This document shows positions 56,543 through 64,000 of a stretch of DNA of 64,000 nt, one piece after another; the stretch's first letter is position 1; each line of letters starts with the position of its first letter. The notes under the pieces were generated by a model. That model had not been told where the DNA came from. It saw only the letters and a list, made by a program, of their open reading frames with translations, and searched no databases. The translations under genes and the position numbers were made by a program. The DNA lies in NCBI GenBank assembly GCA_963702895.1, contig OY969767.1, positions 1,472,001-1,536,000 of the forward strand. Reading direction: 5' to 3'. Source of the stretch: an uncultured Elusimicrobia bacterium (GTDB lineage: Bacteria; Elusimicrobiota; Elusimicrobia; 2-01-FULL-59-12).

Positions 56543-57952
56543 ATGATTCATAATCGCACGAAGATTGTTTGCACCCTGGGACCGGCTTCACAGGACCCGC
56601 GGATCCTGCGCCGGATGATTCAGGCTGGCGCGGATGTCTTCCGCCTCAACGCTTCGCACGGAAACGCCGCGGATCATGCCCAACGCATCTCCGACATTCG
56701 GCGTGTCGCGCGTGAACTGAAGCGTCCCATCGGAATACTCATGGACCTCCCCGGACCCAAACTGCGCTTGGGGGTACTCCCTGATGAGAAACGCGTCCTG
56801 CGAAAGGGCGAACCCGTCCTGCTCTGCGGTCCAACACCGTCACGGCCCGACTCGCTCCCCCTTCGTGACCCAGAGATTTTGAAAGATCTGCGGCCAGGAC
56901 ATGAAATCTACCTGGCCGATGGCACCGTACAGCTTGTGGCTGTGAAAAAGGATCCGAGCGGCATGCGCTGTCGGGTCCAGGTGGGCGGCACCGTCCGCTC
57001 CGGATCAGGCCTGAACTTACCGGACACCGAGCTCTCAAAAGCGGTCCCGACAGCAGCTGACCGCGGATGGATCCGCTTTGCGCGAAAGCACCATCTGGAT
57101 TGGCTGGCTGTCTCTTTCGTTCAAAAAGCCGCTGATATCGAAATGGTCCGACGCCTGGCCGGTTCGGGTCCCGAGGCGCCGCGCCTCATCGCCAAAATCG
57201 AGAAGCGTGGGGCCGTACTCCAGCTTGAAGAGATTGTGAAGACAGCCGATGGCGTCATGGTCGCGCGGGGCGATTTGGGCGTGGAAACACCGCTCGCGAA
57301 TGTCCCCCTGGTCCAGAAACGAATCATCAGTTTCGCCAATGCCTATGGAAGACCTGTGATTACCGCCACCCAGATGCTGGAGTCCATGGTCGAGCATTCC
57401 TCCCCCACGCGGGCGGAAGTGACGGACGTGGCCAACGCCATCCTGGACGGAACCGACGCCGTGATGCTTTCCGCGGAATCGGCCATCGGTCACTACCCGG
57501 TGGCATCCGTGGCGACGCTCGCCAGCATCGCCACGGCGACTGAAAGCGAGTTCCCTTACGCCTCCGCCTTTCGCAAGCTGGCCGAGCGCGATTGGTCCTC
57601 GCCCCATGAAGCGATCAGCTTTAGTGCGGTCCGCATGGCGGCGGACTGCGCGGCCAAGGCCATTTTGATTGAGCCATCGGCGCAGACCACGGCCGCGGCC
57701 ATCTCCCGCTTTCGCCCCAAAGCCGCGGTCATCTCGTTATGCCATCGTTGGGATGAGGCCTGCCGGCAAATCCTCCCTTGGGGTGTTGACCCGCTCGTCA
57801 TTCCTCGTTCCTGGAAACAAGCACTCGGCGTTATTCGGCGCCATCTCGCTAAGTTCCATGGCATTCAGCATGGTTGTCGCGTCGTTACGGTTCAATCAGC
57901 GGCGAAACTCTACGGCGCAGGGAGTGATCTCGTGCGCATCGTGAGGCTATAG
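56543..57952 (+). CDS. pyk: Pyruvate kinase
   Basis: TKIVCTLGPAS, AKIE, ARGDLGVE, TRAEVTD, DAVMLS. Confidence 0.96.
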   Translation: MIHNRTKIVCTLGPASQDPRILRRMIQAGADVFRLNASHGNAADHAQRISDIRRVARELKRPIGILMDLPGPKLRLGVLPDEKRVLRKGEPVLLCGPTPSRPDSLPLRDPEILKDLRPGHEIYLADGTVQLVAVKKDPSGMRCRVQVGGTVRSGSGLNLPDTELSKAVPTAADRGWIRFARKHHLDWLAVSFVQKAADIEMVRRLAGSGPEAPRLIAKIEKRGAVLQLEEIVKTADGVMVARGDLGVETPLANVPLVQKRIISFANAYGRPVITATQMLESMVEHSSPTRAEVTDVANAILDGTDAVMLSAESAIGHYPVASVATLASIATATESEFPYASAFRKLAERDWSSPHEAISFSAVRMAADCAAKAILIEPSAQTTAAAISRFRPKAAVISLCHRWDEACRQILPWGVDPLVIPRSWKQALGVIRRHLAKFHGIQHGCRVVTVQSAAKLYGAGSDLVRIVRL

Positions 57953-57955
57953 CGA

Positions 57956-59287
57956 ATGCGTGTCATCCTGCGTGGCGCAGGAGCTATCCTCCTATACCTT
58001 TTTCTGATCCTTTTCCCTCTCGTTATTGGCGCGCTCGCTGATCCGGTGAGCTCCGCTCGTCCATGGACACTCGAAATGGCCGTAGCGGCTGGTTACGTAG
58101 GTCTTGCGATCATGGCATTTCAGTTTGCTCTCGTATCGCGCCTGAATTTCGCAAGCGCTGCTTTTGGTCAGGACGCTTTGCAGCAGATCCACCGTCAAAT
58201 GTCCCATGTGGCGACAGGCTGCATCCTCCTTCACCCCACCCTATTATTTGTGAATGGCTTCGATCTGAACATGCTCCTCAACGTCTTCAACGACAATCCC
58301 TGGTCGCTCAAATGGGGAACCATCTCGCTCTACGCCTTGCTTCTCCTCATTCTCCTGTCACTCGGGAGGAAGCTTTTACACCTCTCTTATGAGTGGTGGC
58401 AATGGACGCACGCCCTCCTGGCCGCTGTCGCCGTGGGGGGTGGGCTCTATCACATCTATGGTATTGCCAACTATACCGGAACGAGCAGCATGCGTGCTCT
58501 CTGGGCCGTTTACGCCGCGTCCCTCGGGATCCTATTTTTGAGATACCGCGTTTTCATTCCGCTCGCTAAGTGGCGCAAGCCTTGGGAAGTGGTTCGCAAT
58601 ATTCGGGAGCTTGGGAAGGCGCAGACTCTGGTGCTTCGCCCGCTGGGGCATGAAGGCGTGACCTTTGCGCCGGGACAATTCGCTTGGATCATGACGGGAC
58701 GCACACCGTTCGCCCGCGAGCAGCATCCCATCTCCTTCTCCGGAAGCGCAGAAACCACAGGTTCACGCGAAATTTCCTTTACGATCAAAGACCTCGGCAA
58801 CTGGTCCGGAAAGCAAGTGCCGGGATTGAAAGCGGGGCATCGCGTGTGGCTCGATGGTCCTTATGGGGTCTTTTCTCCGGACTTGGAGCAGGGCCCAGGT
58901 TACGTGCTCATCGGCGGGGGCATCGGCATCACACCGCTCTATTCCATGCTTCGCACTTTCCTTGATCGTGAAGATGTCCGCCCGATGATCCTGTTTTATG
59001 GAGCCAAGGACTTGGGGGACATCACGTTTCGGGAAGAACTTGCCGCGCTCTCCGTGAAGTCTCCTGTGAAGATCATCTATGTCTTAGAAGACCCGCCTCA
59101 GAACTGGTCTGGCGAGCGGGGGTACATCACCACAGAGATCCTCAAGCGCTATTTGCCGAAACGCTATCGTTCCTACCAGTTTTTTGTCTGCGGGCCGGCA
59201 CCTCTGATGGACCTGATGGAAAGTCTATTGCCGGAGATTGGCGTTCCCCCGGAGCATGTCCATACGGAACGCTTCGATTTCGTATGA
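57956..59287 (+). CDS. Ferric reductase-like transmembrane / FNR-type oxidoreductase
   Basis: TM His residues, HPISF, DGPYG, GGGIGITP, CGP, ERF. Confidence 0.9.
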   Translation: MRVILRGAGAILLYLFLILFPLVIGALADPVSSARPWTLEMAVAAGYVGLAIMAFQFALVSRLNFASAAFGQDALQQIHRQMSHVATGCILLHPTLLFVNGFDLNMLLNVFNDNPWSLKWGTISLYALLLLILLSLGRKLLHLSYEWWQWTHALLAAVAVGGGLYHIYGIANYTGTSSMRALWAVYAASLGILFLRYRVFIPLAKWRKPWEVVRNIRELGKAQTLVLRPLGHEGVTFAPGQFAWIMTGRTPFAREQHPISFSGSAETTGSREISFTIKDLGNWSGKQVPGLKAGHRVWLDGPYGVFSPDLEQGPGYVLIGGGIGITPLYSMLRTFLDREDVRPMILFYGAKDLGDITFREELAALSVKSPVKIIYVLEDPPQNWSGERGYITTEILKRYLPKRYRSYQFFVCGPAPLMDLMESLLPEIGVPPEHVHTERFDFV

Positions 59288-59382
59288 ACCGCATACTCGT
59301 GAGGCGTATGATCGTTTGTCTTGCGCTTATCCTGCTAGCGGCGTGTGTGATCTTTGCGCTGCTGGTTAACCCGAGGTCATGA
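59284..59382 (+). CDS. Small single-TM peptide (32 aa)
   Basis: MNRILVRRMIVCLALILLAACVIFALLVNPRS; ATGA-coupled to the upstream gene. Confidence 0.5.
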   Translation: MNRILVRRMIVCLALILLAACVIFALLVNPRS

Positions 59383-59405
59383 TGGAGAGAACACGCCGGC
59401 TTTGA

Positions 59406-60047
59406 TCAGCTCTGCCAGATGGCATGAACAATCAAGGGCGTCCGCGAGCTCGTCCGCAAGTTGTCCGGCATCCTCACTTCCACGAAGCCTTGCCATCCTA
59501 ATTTTCTAGTCGCCACATCAAACCATCGGAGGAGGCTCTTCTGCACAACGTAGGGCGTTTCGCCAGTATTGCCCGGGATGGGACCGCGTGTCGTCCTCTG
59601 CGCATCGACCGTCGCCGCGTGCTCTTCGTCAAAGGGATTGACCGCCAGCGGATCACCGCTCGGGAACACGCCAGACGCGTAAGCGGTCAGGCAGTCCTCT
59701 ATCTCCGGGTCCGCGACCGCCTTGCGGGCAGACCAATGGATCGTCCTGCGAGGAGCCACACAGAGCAGGGACGCATAGCCCTGGGCGCGAATCTGCTCGG
59801 CCATCCGTGTCACCGGAGTCGAGGTTGGGAAGAGATCGCGCAGACTGACGGCCTCTGTCCCCTGCTCCGAAAACCGCTTTTTGAGTCCCGACTCCACTTG
59901 GGTGGAAAGCGCCGTATCCTTGGCGAGGGCAACAAGCACTAGTTTCTCCGCGGGCCGATGCTCCGCTGCAGCACGGAGAACCCCCGCGCACACAGCGATC
60001 GCAATCATAAGCCACTGATGCGCGATGAAAATCCGGTGCGTTCTCAT
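59406..60047 (-). CDS. Hypothetical secreted protein
   Basis: ATGA-coupled to the GGDEF gene; signal-peptide-like N-terminus. Confidence 0.65.
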   Translation of the reverse strand: MRTHRIFIAHQWLMIAIAVCAGVLRAAAEHRPAEKLVLVALAKDTALSTQVESGLKKRFSEQGTEAVSLRDLFPTSTPVTRMAEQIRAQGYASLLCVAPRRTIHWSARKAVADPEIEDCLTAYASGVFPSGDPLAVNPFDEEHAATVDAQRTTRGPIPGNTGETPYVVQKSLLRWFDVATRKLGWQGFVEVRMPDNLRTSSRTPLIVHAIWQS

Positions 60048-61036
60048 GCCACACTCGTCAATCGTTCATGCGGAACGATCTCCAGCCTGTGCTTGCTTCG
60101 TTTTTCGATATACATCCGGGCGTCGGCTTGAGCGGTGAGTTCTACGATCGAGGTGGTTCCACGAGCGTTCGAATGCGCCACACCGACACTGAGAGAGATG
60201 GGCTGAGCATAATGGTTTTGAACCGCATGGCGCCTGAGATTGACGTGTAAACGGGCCATCTGTATCGCCGCGCTGCTGTGGCCGTTTTCCATGGTCGCGA
60301 TCGCAAATTCGTCTCCGCCAATCCGAGCGATGATATCGGACTTGCGGAAGGTTTTCCGCAAGATATCAGCGGTTCGAATGATTGCTTGATCTCCCCCCGG
60401 ATGCCCGCCTCGATCATTGATTTCTTTGAGACCATCAAGATCGGCATAAATGACAAAGACTCGCTTCCCCTTACGATGGGCCAGGTCCAGATAATGCTGA
60501 CTTAAGACCTCGTAGCCTCGGCGGTTGTACAAGCCGGTGAGGACATCGGTCATGGAATCATTTTTTAGGGAGGCGTTGAGCTTTCCCATCGCTCGTTCGG
60601 CCTGCCGGCGGTCGGTGATATCCTCAATCGTGAGCAGAAGGATCCGCCTCGACGCGCCAGAGATCTCCACACGACGCGCGTTAAATAACATCGTCCGGCG
60701 ACCGATGGTGGGAAAGAGGCCATCCACGGCGAGATCCGGGAGGTCAGACCGCTTGAGAAGAATCCCCTCCAACCAGTTCCGCAAGGCAGGAGCTTTCCAC
60801 GCACCGTCCCCCAGCGCATCGACGCACCTCCCGTTGATCTCTTTGGGCGAAAGATGAAAAGTCCGGCAAAAGGACTTATTGACGAGTCGGACGCGGAGGT
60901 CTCCATCCAGGACCACGAAAGGTTCTCGAACGGTATCCAGGATCGCCCGGATATGTTCACACATCCGCGCAAATCGCAATCGACTGCGGACAAGCGCCGA
61001 CCGATCAAGGACTCTCATAACGATCCCTTGGCTCAA
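60044..61036 (-). CDS. PAS-GGDEF diguanylate cyclase
   Basis: PAS domain, DVLTGLYNRR, DLDGLKEIND, RKSD I-site, GGDEF. Confidence 0.93.
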   Translation of the reverse strand: MSQGIVMRVLDRSALVRSRLRFARMCEHIRAILDTVREPFVVLDGDLRVRLVNKSFCRTFHLSPKEINGRCVDALGDGAWKAPALRNWLEGILLKRSDLPDLAVDGLFPTIGRRTMLFNARRVEISGASRRILLLTIEDITDRRQAERAMGKLNASLKNDSMTDVLTGLYNRRGYEVLSQHYLDLAHRKGKRVFVIYADLDGLKEINDRGGHPGGDQAIIRTADILRKTFRKSDIIARIGGDEFAIATMENGHSSAAIQMARLHVNLRRHAVQNHYAQPISLSVGVAHSNARGTTSIVELTAQADARMYIEKRSKHRLEIVPHERLTSVA

Positions 61037-61060
61037 ACATCACATACCTCCCCTTAATAA

Positions 61061-61106
61061 ATGTTAACAGGATATCGCCACGCTGCCTATCAGGAGGGGA
61101 TGCTAT
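61061..61106 (-). promoter_or_regulatory. Conserved promoter motif, copy 1
   Basis: ATAGC-N6-TCCTGATAG-N20-TAACAT. Confidence 0.75.
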
Positions 61107-61239
61107 ATTCTTCGTCCGATAAACTACTACGCCGGGCCTAGTCCAAACACTGATGAGCCGGGGCTCACCTTTCGTCTTTCGTTCTGTCTGCGGTTTTGCC
61201 TGGGACCCTCTTTCAGTTAGGTCTTTCTCGCGACCATCT

Positions 61240-61497
61240 CTAGAGATGCCAAGGACGGTGGCCTCCGACCGCGATGACACCTTCCTGGATCGGAGTCGAT
61301 GGGTGCCTCACGGCAGCCCCCAAGAGCTTCTCGTACGCCAGATGACCGGTTCTTCCGTGAAAGCCCAGATGAGTCCGCGCGCTTATCTCCGCGGCGCGTT
61401 CGCCGCAGCAACGCTGAACCCGAGCTCTTTCCTGATTGTGACCATATCTTCGCTGTTCCTTGGTGATGAAACTCCATCGATGATTATTTTGATGCAT
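61240..61497 (-). CDS. Small hypothetical protein sharing an N-terminal motif with 63213..63785
   Basis: AAAGGAG RBS; 13/34 ungapped identities with the paralog N-terminus. Confidence 0.6.
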   Translation of the reverse strand: MHQNNHRWSFITKEQRRYGHNQERARVQRCCGERAAEISARTHLGFHGRTGHLAYEKLLGAAVRHPSTPIQEGVIAVGGHRPWHL

Positions 61498-61553
61498 AAA
61501 TTGCTCCTTTCACATGGCGCTCTTGCGCGATAACGGTGATTCTTTGTGATGTC

Positions 61554-61658
61554 TTAAAACCGTAAGAATTTGGTGAAAAATGTGACTATCGCTCCCAAGA
61601 CCGTCAACGTAATCATGGCCTCAACCACAATCACACGGTGTTCGATCAGGAAATTCAT
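61554..61658 (-). CDS. Small membrane peptide (34 aa)
   Basis: MNFLIEHRVIVVEAMITLTVLGAIVTFFTKFLRF; GAGGAGGT RBS. Confidence 0.6.
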   Translation of the reverse strand: MNFLIEHRVIVVEAMITLTVLGAIVTFFTKFLRF

Positions 61659-61685
61659 GTAGACCTCCTCTATTCCTCTAGAGCC

Positions 61686-61731
61686 ATGATACGACGGACT
61701 GACCTCGCTGCCTATCAGGATTGGCAGCTAT
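61686..61731 (-). promoter_or_regulatory. Conserved promoter motif, copy 2
   Basis: ATAGC-N6-TCCTGATAG-N20-TATCAT. Confidence 0.75.
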
Positions 61732-61833
61732 TTTTATCGTCAGCCAAATTGCTACAACGCGGCTAATGAAGACGCCTAGGCCTGGAAATCCGAAGGCGCA
61801 TCATGGGTTTTACGAAAGAGCTACAATCTTCAG

Positions 61834-63216
61834 GTGTGCACGCTTCGCCTGATCCTCTTTTGCAGTTGCGTGTTGTCTCTCCCTTGGACTGGGGCTTTTG
61901 GCTCGGGCCGTGCGCCGAAGAATGCCGCCTCCACATGGACAACACTCTCAGCGAAGCGAGTTTTCCTGCGCGCGCTTCCTGCCGGCGGCGATGGCTATTA
62001 TGTGGTCTGGAATTCCTCCGGGAGCACCCCTAGGTCGTCGCTTTTTGCCGAACGTTTTGGCCTCGAGGATGCCGCTCGGTGGCCGACACCCGGCCTTGAG
62101 CTCTCTCACACCCTCCAAGAGCCCGGCCTCTGGGACGCTTGTGCGGATGGCCAGAGAGGGCTGATCGTGGCGGCGGTGGAACAGGATGCCTTGAGGATCC
62201 GGCGCGTCAATTCGGACGGTAAGATCCTCTGGGAAAAGACCGTAGTATCATCGCTGGGAGGTTCGCCTGTCACCTCGGTCGTCGGGGCCGAAGATGGCCA
62301 GGGCGGCGCTTACCTCGCGTGGGCACAGGGTCTTTCTGCTCACTCGATCGTCTGGGTGCAACGATGGAATGATGCTGGTCAGCCGCAATGGCCCCAACCG
62401 GGCGTGCGTGCCTCGCCGACAGAAGCAAGACAGACAGTGCCCAACATCTTGCGGGACGGACAGGGGAGCGTCCTCGTCGCATGGAAGAGCTACGAGCAAG
62501 ACTTGACCAAAGTCCGGGCGCAACGATTCGCCGTTGACGGAAGGCGCCTCTGGGTCGAGCGCGGCATGGAGGTTATCTCACCGGCGGGAGACCTGCGCCA
62601 ACGCATTAACATGGCGGCCCCAGGTGACGGAGGGGTCGTCGTCGCCTGGAGTCAGGGAGTCGCCGGGATCAACCGACTTTACTTTCAGCATGTTGGAGCC
62701 GATGGGACGCGCACCTGGTCGGCGGCCGGCGTGACTGAGCCCGGAGCGATCCTAGAGCAATGGAACCCCGTGATGGTGGGAAGTGGCGATGGAAACATCT
62801 GGATCGGCTGGGAAGAAGTGCGCCAGGCCGGCGAGCCCAAGGTCATGCTCGTCCGGCGCAGCCCGCCCAAGGGGACCCCGTGGGCAGCCGTGGACCTTCC
62901 TCTGTCGGACGTGCGAGGCGCTCAAGGCCGCTTGACGCTTGCGCTCGATGGATCCGATGGCGTCTTGGCCGCTTGGGTTGATAACCGTGAAGGTCCTGGC
63001 CTTTATTTACAGCAGGTGAATGGACAGGGTCATCGGCGTTTCGGCAGCGGACGCGAAGTGGCCACGGGGATCAAGCATCCACAGCAACCGCATCTCGTGC
63101 TTGCGGCGCCCGGCCGCGTCGCCGTTGTCTGGCTCGAAGAAAAAGGCGAGCAACTTTGGGATCTCAAGCATCGGGTCGTCGACTTCCGCTCCTCTTTGAC
63201 CTCAGCAGCCCATTAA
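61834..63216 (+). CDS. Hypothetical secreted repeat-containing (beta-propeller-like) protein
   Basis: Repeated DGxGGxxxAW...QR...G...W units; signal peptide. Confidence 0.75.
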   Translation: MCTLRLILFCSCVLSLPWTGAFGSGRAPKNAASTWTTLSAKRVFLRALPAGGDGYYVVWNSSGSTPRSSLFAERFGLEDAARWPTPGLELSHTLQEPGLWDACADGQRGLIVAAVEQDALRIRRVNSDGKILWEKTVVSSLGGSPVTSVVGAEDGQGGAYLAWAQGLSAHSIVWVQRWNDAGQPQWPQPGVRASPTEARQTVPNILRDGQGSVLVAWKSYEQDLTKVRAQRFAVDGRRLWVERGMEVISPAGDLRQRINMAAPGDGGVVVAWSQGVAGINRLYFQHVGADGTRTWSAAGVTEPGAILEQWNPVMVGSGDGNIWIGWEEVRQAGEPKVMLVRRSPPKGTPWAAVDLPLSDVRGAQGRLTLALDGSDGVLAAWVDNREGPGLYLQQVNGQGHRRFGSGREVATGIKHPQQPHLVLAAPGRVAVVWLEEKGEQLWDLKHRVVDFRSSLTSAAH

Positions 63217-63785
63217 AAGCGGGCCCGCAAAACCATTTGAAGAGAGTCGTGGCCAACGCTCCGGCGGGAGACGAAGACGTCATAATCGCCCTGGTGATTG
63301 AAAGCCATCGACGCGTAGTTGATCTGGTCGCCACTAAAAAGCGGCAGATCGAGACCGGTACTGAACAAATTAGCGAAAGGAGTGGTATAGGCTAGCGAAA
63401 GACGGAAAGCACGTTGACTCGACTCGGAGGGCAATCTCCGTCCCTTGTGGCCAATTTCCAAGCGGTCGGCATTGAGTTTCACCTTGTAGCCAGCCCCCCA
63501 GCGAAAACTGCGGGGGATCTTACCGAGGATCGGAACCAGCTTGATCATGACATCCTCGGGAGTCCTATAAATCGGTTCGATCGACTTCACATTCTGCGCT
63601 TGAACGGCCAATAAGCCAAAAACACTTAGAGCTACACTGGCGACCAAGGCCAAAACCACCGCCTGAATCGCCCTTTTTAGATATCGCTTGTTGCCGCAGC
63701 GCTGTTGTCGTTCTTTGTCTGCCGTATGGTTTGAGAATCGCTGATGATGATTTTTAAAATTACATCGATGAATGAACTGATCCAT
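63213..63785 (-). CDS. Hypothetical exported protein with an extended N-terminal leader
   Basis: AAGGAG RBS; 34-aa leader, hydrophobic segment, C-terminal Phe. Confidence 0.7.
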   Translation of the reverse strand: MDQFIHRCNFKNHHQRFSNHTADKERQQRCGNKRYLKRAIQAVVLALVASVALSVFGLLAVQAQNVKSIEPIYRTPEDVMIKLVPILGKIPRSFRWGAGYKVKLNADRLEIGHKGRRLPSESSQRAFRLSLAYTTPFANLFSTGLDLPLFSGDQINYASMAFNHQGDYDVFVSRRSVGHDSLQMVLRARF

Positions 63786-63806
63786 AAGGGCTCCTTCTTC
63801 AGATAC

Positions 63807-63852
63807 ATGTTAGGAGAAGTGAGCCTCACCGTCTATCAGGAGAGCGAGCTAT
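63807..63852 (-). promoter_or_regulatory. Conserved promoter motif, copy 3
   Basis: ATAGC-N6-TCCTGATAG-N20-TAACAT. Confidence 0.75.
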
Positions 63853-64000
63853 ATTTAAGATCGGCAATAGCACCATGCTTGGACTACGCCAAATGCTGAC
63901 AAGAGGTCAGACGAGTCGAGCTCAAGGGGTACTAAGGAGGACGGACCCGACGACAGCGGCGGTCGCGCCGCCGCAGAGCACGGACGAGGAAAAAAGAAAT

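Overview
GC-rich Gram-negative bacterial chromosome segment. The gene content (LPS glycosyltransferases, waaA, PorV/PorQ-family protein, O-antigen-ligase/TPR fusions) suggests an Elusimicrobiota-like organism; this is inference only. 1-24.8 kb is mostly core genes on the minus strand: an LPS core cluster, then secF-secD-yajC-tgt-queA-spoIID-ruvBAC-yebC, two O-antigen-ligase/TPR proteins and a PorV-like protein. 24.8-29.2 kb is a decayed integration hotspot with one intact tRNA-Thr(CGT), an orphan tRNA 5' half, two orphan 3' halves and an IS4-disrupted DUF4160/DUF2442 toxin-antitoxin pair. 29-59 kb is accessory envelope and carbon metabolism: MscS-cNMP, TspO, a second identical-looking IS4, a GH63 glucosidase, RbbA/YhhJ/HlyD/TolC, and ppk2-pfk-ldh-glgP-pyk plus an oxidoreductase. 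59-64 kb holds a PAS-GGDEF gene and small genes sharing a three-copy promoter motif. The most unusual signal is a hierarchy of small non-autonomous repeats with no cognate transposase in the window. It includes a 46-bp double hairpin inserted at the same T-loop position of two tRNA relics in opposite orientations, about 12 REP-like doublets (some in MITE-like shells whose ends coincide with stop codons), and repeats translated in frame inside tgt, queA and ruvC. All calls come from reading motifs by eye; no database searches were run.
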